A stretch of DNA of 64,000 bases, from contig CAVYKI010000003.1 of assembly GCA_963769025.1 (NCBI GenBank), forward strand, positions 160,001-224,000. Direction: 5' to 3'. A program made the position numbers and the translations under genes. The stretch is from an uncultured Verrucomicrobiae bacterium (lineage in GTDB: Bacteria; Verrucomicrobiota; Verrucomicrobiia; Chthoniobacterales; Chthoniobacteraceae). The notes beneath the pieces are model-generated. The model was not told where the DNA came from, did no database searches, and saw nothing but the letters and a program-made list of their open reading frames with translations. This document shows, piece after piece, positions 19,874 through 30,692 of this stretch. Every line of letters begins with the position of its first letter. Position 1 is the first letter of the stretch.

Positions 19874-22800
19874 TTACACGTTGAGCAGTTCGCGAGTTTC
19901 CCTCTCCGTCAACGGCGGCGGGCCGTCCGCGTCTTCCACCAGCTCCGCCTTGCCACGCTTCCTGCGCCACCACTGCGCGACGTCATCGAAGAACGAATAG
20001 AACACCGGCGTGGCCAGCAGCGTGAGCAGGAGCGAGAGCGTCTGGCCGCCGATGATCACGCCGGCGATGGTGGTGTTCATGCTCGCGCCGATGCCGCGCG
20101 CGAAGATCATCGGGATCATGCCGGCGACGAAGGCGGCCGTGGTCATGAGGATGGGGCGCAGGCGGTCTTTGTTCGCCTGGAGGATGGCGTCGAGCCGCGG
20201 CAGTCCGCGGGCGCGGAGCTGGTTGGTGTGGTCGATCTGCAGGATGCCGTTTTTCTTCACCATGCCGAAGAGCACGAGCACGCCGAGCATCGAGAAAATG
20301 TTCAGCGATTCGCCGAAGATGAGCAGCGAGAGCAGGGCGAAGGGCAGCGTGAGCGGCAGCGCGAGCAGGATGGTGAAGGGGTGAATCCACGACTCGAATT
20401 GCGCGGCGAGCACGAGATACATGAAGAGCGCGGACATGAGCATCGCGGTGACGAAGGCGTTCACGGTGCGCGCCATTTCCTTGGAGCGTCCGACGGCGCC
20501 GGTCTGGTAGTCGGCGGGGAGGTTTTGCTTTTTCACCACGGCGTCGATGGCGGCGAAGATGTCGCTCTCGCCGTAGCCGGGCGCGTTGTTGGCGGTGATG
20601 GTGATCTGGCGCGTGCGGTTGGCGCGATTGATCTGCGCGGGGCCGGTGCGGTGCTCGAAGCGGACGAGGTTCGCGAGCGAAACGGGCGCGCCTTTTTCCG
20701 AAGGCACGGTGAGCAGGCCGAGGGCTTCCTCGCGGTTGCGGTGGCGCTCATCGGCGCGCAGGTGGATGTCATACTGCTCGCCGTTTTCGCTGAAGCTGGA
20801 GACATCCGCGCCCCCGACGAGCAACCGCAGCGTGGAGGAAAGGTCGGCGATGTTCACGCCCATCTGGCCGGCCTTGCTGCGATCGACGATGGCGGTGAGT
20901 TCCGGTTTGCCGCTGATGTAGGTGCTGTCCACGTCGCGGATGCCGGGGATTTTCCGGATCTCGACGAGCGCCTCATCGGCCGCGGCGGTAAGCCGCCCGA
21001 GGTCGGGGCCGGCAATCATGTATTGGACGTTCGCGCTGGACTGGCCGGTCGCGAAGGCGGGCACGAGCGTGACGGTCATGCGGTAGTCGGCGGGATACTT
21101 CGGCACGATCTGCGTGCGCACGAGATCCATCACGGCTTCCTGCGTCTGCGGGCGCTGCGAGGGATCGACGAGACGCACGTAGATGCTCGCGAGGTTCGGC
21201 GTGCGCTGGTCGCTGTCGCCGATGGTCAGCAGCGTGTATTCGACGCCGGGCATCTGCCGGATGTCGCGCGCGACGCGCTCGGCGGCGAGGTCGGTGACGG
21301 CGAGGCTGGAGCCTTCCGGCGTGCGCAGCGAGACCTGGAACTGCGCCTCCTCGGTCGCGGGCAGCAGCGATTTTTGCACGCGATTCATCAGCATCGGGAC
21401 GCTCGCGAGCGCGCCGACGCAGGCGAGCACGACGACCCACCGATGCCGCATGGAGAAGCGCAGCATCGCCATGTAGATGCGCTTCCAGCGGGTGGTAGAA
21501 AACGTTCACGAGCTTCGCCATGCCGCGCTCCAGCCAGTTCGGACGGGTGATTTTCAGCATCCGCGCAGAGAGCATCGGCGCGAGCGTGAAGCTGACGAGC
21601 AGCGACACGGCGATGGCGAAGGACATCGTGAGCCCGAAGCTGCTCATGAAGCGCCCGACCATGCCGCTGAGAAACGCGACCGGCACAAACACGGCGAGCA
21701 GCGAGAGCGTGGTGGCCATGACCGCGAGGCCGATCTCGCGCGTGCCGTCGAGGGCGGCGTCGTGCGCGGACTTCTTCTTCTCCTCGAGGTGCCGGAAGAT
21801 GTTTTCGACCACGATGATGGCGTCATCAATGACGATGCCCACGGCGAGCGCGAGCGCCACGAGGCTGATCATGTTCAGCGTGAGATTCGCGATCCACATG
21901 ATGCCGAAGGCGGCGATGATGGACGTGGGAATCGCCAGCGCGGAGATGAGCGTGGCGCGGCCATTGCCGAGGAAAAACAGCACGACGAGCGCGGCGAGGA
22001 TCGAGCCGAGGACGAGGTGCTCCTTCACCGCGCCGACGCTGGTGCGGATGACGAGCGAGTTGTCGCGCACGACTTCGATCTTGTAGCCGGCGGGCAGCCG
22101 CGCACCGAGCTCGGCGAGCCGCTCCTTGATCGCGTCCACGACGGCGATGGTGTTTTCGCCGGACTGTTTGCGGATGGAAAGGACGACGGTCGGCACGCCA
22201 TTGCGGCGCGCGCTGCTTTGCTGATCCTCCTCGCCGTCCTCCACGCGCGCCACGTCGCCGAGCCGCACGAGTCCGCCCTCATGCTCGCGCACGACGAGGC
22301 GCGAAAGCCGCTCGACGGACAGCACGCGGCCTTCCACGCGCAGTCCCGTTTCCCGCGCCACGCCCTGCACGACGCCCGCGGGGATTTGCACATTCTGCCG
22401 CTGGAGCGCCTTCTCCACGTCGGGCGCGGTGAGGCTGAAGGCGCGCAGCCGCACCGGATCGAGCCACGACATTGATCTGCCGCTTGCGCCCGCCGAGCAG
22501 CGTCACCTGGCCGACGCCGGGGCTGCTCTCCAACTGCCGCCGCAGCACCTTGTCCGCATACTCGGTGATCTCGCGCACCGGGCGCTCGGCGATGAGCGCG
22601 ACATTGAGCACCGGCGCGGCGTCGGCATCGAGCCGCTCCACGCGCGGCGCGTCCGCGGCCTTCGGCAGATCGTTGAGGATGCGGTTCACGCGATCCCGCA
22701 CTTCCTGCGCGCCGACCGCTCCGTCCTTCTCCAGCAAGAAACGCGATGATGACCTGCGAGATGCCTTCGCTGGAGGTCGAGTGCAGCTCGTCAATGCCGC

Positions 22801-23027
22801 TGACGGTGTTGACCGCTTCCTCGATCTTGTTCGTGATCTCGGTCTCGATTTCCTGCGGCGAAGCGCCCGGCATCGAGGTCGTGATGACCACGGTGGGAAA
22901 ATCAATCTTCGGAAAAAGATCCACCGGCAGCCGCGTGTAGCCGAGCACGCCGACGACCACGAAAACGAGCACGAGCACCGTGGCGAACACGGGGCGTTTG
23001 ATCGGAGATTGCGGCGAGCCATTGCAT
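19874..23027 (-). CDS. RND efflux transporter permease (AcrB/HAE1 family), frameshifts near 23003, 22745, 22470 and 21478
   Basis: KRPVFATV, LPVDLFPKIDFP, GIVIDDAIIVVENI, AAQFESWIHP, RLRPILMTT. Confidence 0.9.
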
Positions 23028-23040
23028 CGTGAGTGGAGCG

Positions 23041-24145
23041 TTAGGGTTGTGCGATGAGCGCGACCTTCATCCCGTCGGTGGCAGCGGCTCCGGGCGTGAC
23101 GACCACGGCATCGCCCTTCAGCACGCCGCGGCGGATTTCCACCGCAGCGCCCTTCGTCTCGCCAATCTCGACGAGCCGCTCCTCGATGCGCCCGTCCTGC
23201 ACGACGAGCACCCTGTTCGAGCCGCCGTCGTTGCGCAGCGCGGTGGCAGGCACAGTCACCGCGCGTTCATCGGCAAGCGCCAGCTTCCCTTCGGCAAACA
23301 TGCCGGGCTTGAGCCGGCCATCCGCGTTGCCGACCTCGGCTTCGACGATGAGATCGCGCTCGGACTCACGCAGCGCCGCGCCGATGAATTTCACCGTGCC
23401 CGTGAACGTCGCTTCGGGAAAAGCCGGCACCGCAAACCTGACAATCTGTCCCTCCTGGATGCTGCCGACGGCTGTTTCCGGCACGTTGAGCAGGAGCCGG
23501 AGCTGGTCCGTCGCCACGAGCTTTGCGACACCCGTGGTGCTGCTCACATACTCGCCGACTTCCGCGAGCCGCTCCGCCACCGTGCCGGCGAAGGGCGCGC
23601 GCAGCACCGTGTCATCGAGCGACTTCTTCGCCTGATCGCGCCGCGCCGTCGCCGCCGCCAGCGCATGCCTCGGCCGTCGCACGGTTAATCTTTTGGCGCT
23701 CGAACTCCGCCGAAGAGATCAGCTTCGTCTTCGCCAGGGTTTCATTGCGGGTGAATTCGCTGCGCGCCCATTCGAGCTTCAGTTCCGCGTCCGCGACGCT
23801 CGCGTCCGCTTCGTGGAGGGCATGGGTCGCCGCGCGATCGTCGAGCTTCAAAATCACGTCGCCCGCTTTCACCACCGAGCCGCGCTCGATCGGCGCGGCG
23901 ACGACCTTGCCGGACGAATCCGGCGCGAGCATGGCCTGCTGGCTGCCCCTGAGTTCGCCCGTCACGCGCAGATACCGCGGCATCGGCTGCTCCTGAGCCG
24001 CGGTCGTCACGACCTTGATGGCCGGTGAATCGGGTGTCGAGGAAGGTGCCGAATTACTCGCCGTCGGACGCGAGCAGGCCGGCAGCAACAGGACGATGAG
24101 AAGAGACAGGCGGGAAAGTTTTTCCATGACGCGGCGGAGTTTCAT
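23041..24145 (-). CDS. RND efflux periplasmic adaptor (membrane fusion) lipoprotein, frameshift near 23665
   Basis: Lipobox-like LLPAC; LRAPFAGTV; LKPGMFA; directly upstream of the RND permease. Confidence 0.85.
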
Positions 24146-24156
24146 TGCTTGCAAAA

Positions 24157-24774
24157 TCAGGCGGTGGGCGCGGCCAGTCCGGCGGTGAAGAGGCTCACGC
24201 ATGTGGCCACATATTCCTGCGCCGCGTAACCATCGACGCACTCGGCAGTGTCGCGGAGCATCCCGCCGAGGAGCATCCCGGTGAAAGCATCGGCGGCAAT
24301 CGCGAGATCCACGCCCCGCCGCACCTGACCGGCTTTGCGCGCTGCCTCCAGATTGGCGATAAAACGCGTCCGCTCCGGCTTCACCGCATCCATGATGATT
24401 TTTTTCGCCTGCTCGGGATACCGCCGCGCCTCGCCGATCATCGTGCGGATCAGCGGCTCATCCCGCACCAGCATGGCGTAAAAACTGTCCGCATAGCGCC
24501 GCAGATTCGTCTTCAGATTGCCGGACCACTCCGCCTCGTCGCCGACCGCCGCTGCGTGCTGCTCGTCCACGATGGACTCCATGACCTCGGCGAGCAGCCG
24601 GTCCTTGTTTTGAAAGAGACGGAAAAGCGTGACCTCATTCACGTCCGCCTCCTTCGCGATGGCCCGTGTGGTGGCCCCCGGCAAGCCGTCGCGGGCGAAT
24701 ACGATTCTGGCGGCGACAAGCAGCCGCTCGCGGGCGGTCGCAGCGGGGGTGGAAAGTGCGGATTTGGTGTTCAT
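24157..24774 (-). CDS. TetR/AcrR family transcriptional regulator
   Basis: N-terminal HTH: RERLLVAARIVFARDGLPGATTRAIAKEADVNEVTLFRLFQNKDRL. Confidence 0.92.
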   Translation of the reverse strand: MNTKSALSTPAATARERLLVAARIVFARDGLPGATTRAIAKEADVNEVTLFRLFQNKDRLLAEVMESIVDEQHAAAVGDEAEWSGNLKTNLRRYADSFYAMLVRDEPLIRTMIGEARRYPEQAKKIIMDAVKPERTRFIANLEAARKAGQVRRGVDLAIAADAFTGMLLGGMLRDTAECVDGYAAQEYVATCVSLFTAGLAAPTA

Positions 24775-24815
24775 GCAAGTGTGTGCTTGCATGCGTAAAG
24801 CAAGTGCGCGCTTGC
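24772..24815. promoter_or_regulatory. Two tandem palindromic candidate TetR operators (GCAAG-N6-CTTGC)
   Basis: CATGCAAGTGTGTGCTTGCATG at 24772-24793 and GCAAGTGCGCGCTTGC at 24800-24815, abutting the tetR start codon. Confidence 0.7.
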
Positions 24816-24893
24816 GTAAAGGGGTTTCTCTCCCGCCCTCATCCGGATTTTGCTCCCGGAAAACCTTCGCCTCGAAGCGGCATCGTTTTGGCC

Positions 24894-25382
24894 ATGCGTG
24901 CCCCATCACGCGAAAGACCATTGCGTGCCTCCTTGCCGCACTTCTGGCCTTCGGAGCTGTCCCTTGCGCCTTTCTCGCCAAATTGGTCGGGAGGATGCCG
25001 TTGCGGAGACCAAAATCCTGCCGGCTACGGGGGAAATTTTGCCGCCGTTCGGCCTGAGTTGGGGGCGGAGGGGCTCAAGGTGGAAGAAGCGGTGAAGGCG
25101 GCGGGCGGCCGCGTAGGAGAGCGGCAGCCGTGGGTCCCGAGCCAGGAGCGCTGGACGGTCGAGGGAATTACGCGGGATGGACTGGAGCGGGTGCTTTTCT
25201 CGTTCAGGGCGGCGAAACTCCCTGGAGTGGAGCTGCAGTATGGGACGGCGGACTGGGACACAAAGCCGTATGACAATTTCATGCTCGCGGTGCGCGGGTC
25301 GCTGGCGGCGGAGCACTGGGGGCAGCTTTTCGTGCAGGAGCGCAAGCGGGATGCAGGTGCGCTCAAGACAATGCTGGGCTAG
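24894..25382 (+). pseudogene. Degraded gene for an exported hypothetical protein
   Basis: Protein-like segments in three successive frames (RKTIACLLAALLAFGA; GEILPPFGLSWG; VEEAVKAAGG...WTVEG...VELQY), then TAG at 25380. Confidence 0.45.
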
Positions 25383-25479
25383 ACGTGGTCGGGTCATCAC
25401 CTCCAAGAACATCTTCAAACGTGTTCCCATCTCCGTTCCGGCCCAAGAGTCAGTCACAAGTCCCTGATAATCAGAGAGC

Positions 25480-25837
25480 TGGAGGCGAGGGGAGTTGAAC
25501 CCCTGTCCTGAGAACTTTTGACACAAACATCTACACGCTTAGCCGTGCCATTAATTTAAGCCTCACGCTGCGGGCGGGCGCGCCACGCGAGGCCGGTCGT
25601 CCACGGATGAAGTCTCGCTCCCCGGCGCGGTCGCTCCGCCGGAAAGCCAGCCTGCTAGTCGTCGTCCCCGAGGCCTAGCAGGCGTCGGCTCGGGAACGTC
25701 ACAGCACTTAGGCTGCGAGGGCCAGTTCTTCGGTTTTGGCTTTTGTGTTTGTTGCCCAGGATTGGTAACGCGGCCAACCAGGCTTCCGCGGCATGCCGTC
25801 TGCGCCTCGAATTTTCAGTCGAAACCAGTACGCCCCC
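25480..25837 (-). ncRNA. ssrA: tmRNA
   Basis: 5' GGGGGCGTACTGGTTTCGAC; 3' GACAGGGGTTCAACTCCCCTCGCCTCCA; acceptor stem with G3-U; internal tag ORF ...AKTEELALAA* (25708-25740). Confidence 0.95.
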
Positions 25838-25984
25838 GTTATTTTTTGGGAGGCGTAGAGATTAGCCGACGTCGGGCGGCTTGCAACCGGCCATTTCAAA
25901 AAAGCCGCCGCCCGCCGAGTCCATCAGCAAAATGCGGATGCGTTGCCCCCGAAAAAGCCGCGCTCACCTGCCTCGGGATGCGCG

Positions 25985-27034
25985 CTACAGGCCGAGCGAG
26001 GACCGTGCCGCGAGGCAGCGGCGGTTGTTCATCTCCTCGGCAGCAAGGACGGCGGCAAGCGGCTCGCCGCTCACGTTCGGTGGTGCAGCTTTCGGCGGAT
26101 TTTGTGCGACTCGCGCAAGTGCGGTTTCGACGAGTTCGGGTCGGCGTCCGCCGAAGGTGGCCCAATACCTTTCATCCCGGCACGGCACGAGGAGCGGATC
26201 GCGCGTGGCCATCTCGATATTGAACGCGATCTGCGGATTCGCCTTCCGGAGCGTCGCCACCATGCGCGGCAGGTCGAGGAACCCGCTGCCGAACGGAACC
26301 TCGCTCAGCAAAAAACCATCCGGATGCGGCTGAAGCGCCATGTCCTTGAGGTGCACGCTCAAGGCAAAAGGCGCAAGCGTCTCCACCACGTGATGCGGTT
26401 CCTCGAGCAGCGCGATGTTGTTCCCCGTGTCCACCAGCGCGCCGATCCATTCGCTGCCCACCTTGCGCAGCAGCGCGGCGAGTTCCTCGCTCGTGTGATC
26501 CTTGTGGTTCTCGATCGCCATCCGCAGCCGGTGCTTTTTCAAAATCGGCTCGGCGAGTGCCAGCGAGCGCTCCGACTCCGCCTGGAAACGACGGAACTCC
26601 TCCAGCGTCCGGAAAATCTCGTACCGCCGCCCGCCCGTGAACACCGCGCGCGCCACCGTCGCTCCCGCCTCGCGCGCAAGCCTCACTTCGATTTCAAATG
26701 CATCCCGATCGGCAGCGGTTTTCGGCAACCGCATGTCCGCCTCGTAATAGCCGCCGTCGCTTTCCACGAGCGTGCGCATCGCTCTCGCGAATTCCGCATC
26801 GGCGCTCCGCAGACCGGTCTGCACTCCATCGGCGCCCAGTTCCCGCCCGTAGCGGTAAAAGCTGGGCGCGTCGGAAAATTTCACGGCAGCATTTTTCGCC
26901 GCCACCGCCCTCCATTGCTGATGACACGAAAAGCTGCAGATTCCCAAACGCGCCTGCGAAAGCCCATCCGCAGCCAGCAGCGCACGGACCGCAGCAAATG
27001 CAGGCAGCGTGGCAATGAAGGCGCGGCGTTTCAT
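25985..27034 (-). CDS. Sugar phosphate isomerase/epimerase (xylose-isomerase-like TIM barrel), possible Tat signal
   Basis: MKRRAFIA start; AIENHKD, LVDTGN, VHLKD, FNIEM metal-binding motifs. Confidence 0.85.
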   Translation of the reverse strand: MKRRAFIATLPAFAAVRALLAADGLSQARLGICSFSCHQQWRAVAAKNAAVKFSDAPSFYRYGRELGADGVQTGLRSADAEFARAMRTLVESDGGYYEADMRLPKTAADRDAFEIEVRLAREAGATVARAVFTGGRRYEIFRTLEEFRRFQAESERSLALAEPILKKHRLRMAIENHKDHTSEELAALLRKVGSEWIGALVDTGNNIALLEEPHHVVETLAPFALSVHLKDMALQPHPDGFLLSEVPFGSGFLDLPRMVATLRKANPQIAFNIEMATRDPLLVPCRDERYWATFGGRRPELVETALARVAQNPPKAAPPNVSGEPLAAVLAAEEMNNRRCLAARSSLGL

Positions 27035-27266
27035 GACGGCAGGACCGCGACCCGCGCATCTCCCCCCGCGCGACAATGACGCCACGATGGCGTTCGCACT
27101 TCGGGATGTAAGCACTGTCTCATGCGCGGACACGCTAGCGGCGGTCGCACGTCAATTCGATGAATATCGCCCCAGCCGAATCGCATTCGGCTTCGGCTGC
27201 ACGCCCCGCGGTGCGGCGGCGATTCAGCGTTTGGCATTTCTCCCCCGCCCTGCCTACGTTCCCCGC

Positions 27267-27428
27267 GTGAAACCAATCCTCCTCTGCCTCGCCATCATCG
27301 TCGGATCATTGCTCACCGGCTGCACGAGCGGGAAGGGCAAATCGCGTTACCGGAATTACGAGGGGGACAGCAGCCCCGGCATCCGGATGCTGGAGGAAAA
27401 GCCGGGCTATCCGCTGAACACGCGCTGA
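27267..27428 (+). CDS. Small putative lipoprotein (53 aa)
   Basis: GTG start, hydrophobic leader, lipobox LLTG-C; stops 9 nt before the Rrf2 gene. Confidence 0.55.
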   Translation: MKPILLCLAIIVGSLLTGCTSGKGKSRYRNYEGDSSPGIRMLEEKPGYPLNTR

Positions 27429-27437
27429 GCGCAGACG

Positions 27438-27881
27438 ATGCGAATCTCAAAAAAAGCCGAGTACGCGCTGCGGGCGCTGGTGGCCATGGCCCGGCCGCCT
27501 GCGCGCTCCTGGTCCATCCACGAACTCGCCTCGGGCGAACGCATCCCGATCAAATTCCTCGAGCAGATCCTGCTCTCGCTTCGCCGCGCGGGAATCCTGA
27601 ACAGCAAGCGCGGTGTCGGTGGCGGCTACACGCTGGTGCGCGCACCGGAGGAAATCCCCCTCGGCGAAGTCATCGCCGTTTTCGACGGCCCGCTCGCGCC
27701 CGTGCCCTGTGCCGCGGAACGCCCGACCGAGCGCTGCTCGTGTCCCGACCCGCGCACGTGCCCGCTGCGTCTGATGATGACCGGCGTCCGCCGCGACCTC
27801 GCCGCAATGCTCGAGGAACGCACGCTCGACGACATGCTGAAGCTCTCGCCCGGCACGCAGTCGCTGGCATTCGACATCTGA
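27438..27881 (+). CDS. Rrf2 family transcriptional regulator with C-terminal Cys cluster
   Basis: SKKAEYALRAL, FLEQILLSL, SKRGVGGGYTL; C...CSC...C. Confidence 0.92.
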   Translation: MRISKKAEYALRALVAMARPPARSWSIHELASGERIPIKFLEQILLSLRRAGILNSKRGVGGGYTLVRAPEEIPLGEVIAVFDGPLAPVPCAAERPTERCSCPDPRTCPLRLMMTGVRRDLAAMLEERTLDDMLKLSPGTQSLAFDI

Positions 27882-27890
27882 CCGCCCGCC

Positions 27891-29306
27891 GTGGCCGACC
27901 TTTTCGACACCTCGGAAAGCACTTCCGATGCGACCGCAGCCGCCGCGCCGCTCGCGGAGCGGATGCGGCCGCGCACGCTCGATGAATTCGCCGGTCAGCA
28001 GCACATCCTCGGGCCGGGGAAATTGCTGCGCCGCGCGATCGAGGCGGACCGCATCGCGAGCGTCATCCTCTTCGGTCCTCCGGGGACTGGAAAGACCACG
28101 CTGGCGCAAATCATCGCCAACGCGACGAAGAGCCGCTTCGAGCGTCTGAGCGGCGTCGAGAGCAACATCGCGGACCTGCGCAAGGTCGTCGCATCCGCTG
28201 CGAACCGCCTCGCAAATACAGGGCAGAAGACGATCCTTTTCGTGGACGAAATCCACCGCTGGAACAAGGCGCAGCAGGATGTGCTGCTGCCGGATGTGGA
28301 GCGCGGCACGGTGCGGCTCATCGGCGCGACGACGGAGAATCCGTTCTTCTACGTGAACAGCGCGCTCGTCTCGCGCTCGCAGGTCTTCCAGCTCGAGCCG
28401 CTCGCGCCGGCGGACATCGCGTCCGTGTTGCGCCGTGCTCTCGCAGACACGGAGCGCGGAGTCGCAGCCGCGCTGGTGAGAGCGCGGCCTGATCTTCCGG
28501 AAAAAGATGTCCGCACTTCGACCAGACCACCCACAGTGATCGCGGACGACGACGCGCTCGCATTCCTCTCCACCATCGCGGACGGGGACGCGCGCAAGGC
28601 GCTGAACGCCCTCGAAATCGCAGCGCTCACCACGCCGCCAGACGCGGACTGGATTGTCCGCGTTACGCACGCCATCGCCGAGGAGAGCATCCAGAAAAAG
28701 GCCGTCGTGTATGACGCCACCGGCGACGGGCACTACGACACGATCTCCGCATTCATCAAAAGCGTGCGCGGTTCGGACCCGGACGCCGCTCTCTATTGGC
28801 TCGCGAAGATGCTCTACGCCGGCGAGGACATCCGATTCATCGCGCGGAGGCTCGTCATCCTCGCAAGCGAAGACATCGGCATGGCCGATCCGCAGGGGCT
28901 GCCCATCGCCGTCGCCGCACAGCAGGCTGTGCAATTCATCGGCATGCCCGAGGCGCGCATCACGCTCGCGCACGCGACCGTCTATCTCGCCACTGCGCCG
29001 AAATCCAACCGCGCCTACCTCGGCGTGGACAAGGCGATGGAGGAGGTGAAAAACGGCGTCACGCTCGCCGTGCCGCGCCATCTCCGCAGCACCGGCAGCA
29101 AGCGCGCCGCAAAAACTTTGGGCCACACCGGCTACCAGTATTCGCACGAAGGCGAAGGCGCCTACATCCCGCAGGCGTATCTTCCCGAGGGCCGCCGCTA
29201 TTACGATCCTTCGGAAAATGGCTACGAGAAACGCGTGAAGGAACGCCTCGACTATTGGCGCGCGCTCTTCGATCAAGCGAAGGGCGGAGGCACGGCGCCG
29301 CCATAG
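27891..29306 (+). CDS. rarA: Replication-associated recombination protein A (MgsA/RarA)
   Basis: PLAERMRP, GPPGTGKTT, FVDEIHR, HYDTISAFIKSVRGSDPD, APKSN. Confidence 0.95.
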   Translation: MADLFDTSESTSDATAAAAPLAERMRPRTLDEFAGQQHILGPGKLLRRAIEADRIASVILFGPPGTGKTTLAQIIANATKSRFERLSGVESNIADLRKVVASAANRLANTGQKTILFVDEIHRWNKAQQDVLLPDVERGTVRLIGATTENPFFYVNSALVSRSQVFQLEPLAPADIASVLRRALADTERGVAAALVRARPDLPEKDVRTSTRPPTVIADDDALAFLSTIADGDARKALNALEIAALTTPPDADWIVRVTHAIAEESIQKKAVVYDATGDGHYDTISAFIKSVRGSDPDAALYWLAKMLYAGEDIRFIARRLVILASEDIGMADPQGLPIAVAAQQAVQFIGMPEARITLAHATVYLATAPKSNRAYLGVDKAMEEVKNGVTLAVPRHLRSTGSKRAAKTLGHTGYQYSHEGEGAYIPQAYLPEGRRYYDPSENGYEKRVKERLDYWRALFDQAKGGGTAPP

Positions 29307-29387
29307 CTGCAAAGCGCAGCGGCGGGTCGCATGCCGCCGAGGAGTTCCGCGCTTGAACGGATGCCATTCGTGACGCGCTTTGCGGCT

Positions 29388-30692
29388 TCAAGAAAGCCGT
29401 GGCCGTAATTTGCTCAGCAGCGTCGGCGACAGATTCAGGTAGTAGCCGAGCAGAATCAGCTGGTGACGGAAAAAGGTACGCAACACACCTCCGGTCTGCC
29501 AGCGGCGGGCCGAAGTCCGCGCAGCTTCCGGCGTGATGACGATGCGGCCCAGGCGGCGCAACTGACGCACGAAATGCAGGTCTTCGAGGATGGGCCAGTC
29601 GGGGAATCCGCCTTGCGCATTGAAAATGGAGCGGCGCAGGAACAGCCCCTGATCGCCATAGGGCGTCTGACGTGCGGCGCAGCGCAGGGCGACGAGCTTT
29701 TCGACGATTCGCCTGCCCGTGACATTTTCGCGCAGCGCAAAACGGAACGCTCCCGCTGCGACTCCGGCCCGGTCCAACAGGCCGGCGATGACCTGGCAGA
29801 AGTTCACCGGCGGGTCGGTGTCGGCGTGGAGAAAGAGCAGATGCTCGCCGCGCGCGGCCTTGGCCGCTGCATTCATCTGACGGGCGCGGCCCCGCTCGCA
29901 GGGGATGAGGTGCGCGCCGTGCGATTCCGCGACGCGCGCGGTGGTGTCCGCGCTGCCGCCGTCGGCGATGAGGATTTCGAGCGGCTGCGCGGCTTGGAGC
30001 ATGGGCAGCAGTCGCGTGAGATTGCCGGCCTCGTTCAGCGTCGGGACGATGACGGAAACGGCGCGCCCCTGCGACAGCGCTGCATCGGCATCTTGCAGAT
30101 CGATGGGCCGATCGACATCCGGCAAGACCGGCAGCAGCGCAGCGCTGACCTCGTGCTGGCGCGCGCGTTTGAGCGACTCGGCGAGGACTTCATCCGTGCT
30201 CCACGGCATCGTTTCAAACAGGGCAGGCATCGGCCGATCCAAGCCGACGAGGTAATAGCCGCCATCCTGCGCGGGACCGAAGACGACGGGTGATTGCTGC
30301 AACGTCCGGCGCGCCTCGCCGATGCGTGTTTCATCGAGTCGCGGACAGTCGGTGCCGATGACGATGACGTTGCGCGCGCCCGCGTCGAACTCGCGCTGGA
30401 TGCACCGGTTCATCCGCTGGCCGAGATCGCCGTCGCCTTGCGGCACGAAGTCGAGCGGGCCCAGCCACGCGCGCATGTCGGCTTCGCTGCCACCTTCGTA
30501 CGCGATGCGGAGGCGCAGCGATCTGTCGGACGCGGAGCACGCCCACGCGCGGCCCACCGTGTGCCGGGTCATGCGCCGCTGGAGCTCCGCCGCGCCCGCT
30601 TCGCCGAGCTGCGGGATGAGCCGCGTCTTCGCGTTGCCGGCGACTGGCAGGCGCGTGAAGACGATCAGGCTGTCGTGCGTCGCGAGACTCAC
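29388..30692 (-). CDS. Fusion of TIGR04282-like and TIGR04283-like glycosyltransferases (arsenosugar-cluster type)
   Basis: N-half KTRL, QGDGDLGQRM, IGTDCP, GPAQDGGYYL; C-half SVIVPTLNEA, DGGSAD, GRARQMN, FLHADT, YGDQGLF, TSARRW; GTGA overlap with the upstream gene. Confidence 0.85.
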   Translation of the reverse strand: MSLATHDSLIVFTRLPVAGNAKTRLIPQLGEAGAAELQRRMTRHTVGRAWACSASDRSLRLRIAYEGGSEADMRAWLGPLDFVPQGDGDLGQRMNRCIQREFDAGARNVIVIGTDCPRLDETRIGEARRTLQQSPVVFGPAQDGGYYLVGLDRPMPALFETMPWSTDEVLAESLKRARQHEVSAALLPVLPDVDRPIDLQDADAALSQGRAVSVIVPTLNEAGNLTRLLPMLQAAQPLEILIADGGSADTTARVAESHGAHLIPCERGRARQMNAAAKAARGEHLLFLHADTDPPVNFCQVIAGLLDRAGVAAGAFRFALRENVTGRRIVEKLVALRCAARQTPYGDQGLFLRRSIFNAQGGFPDWPILEDLHFVRQLRRLGRIVITPEAARTSARRWQTGGVLRTFFRHQLILLGYYLNLSPTLLSKLRPRLS

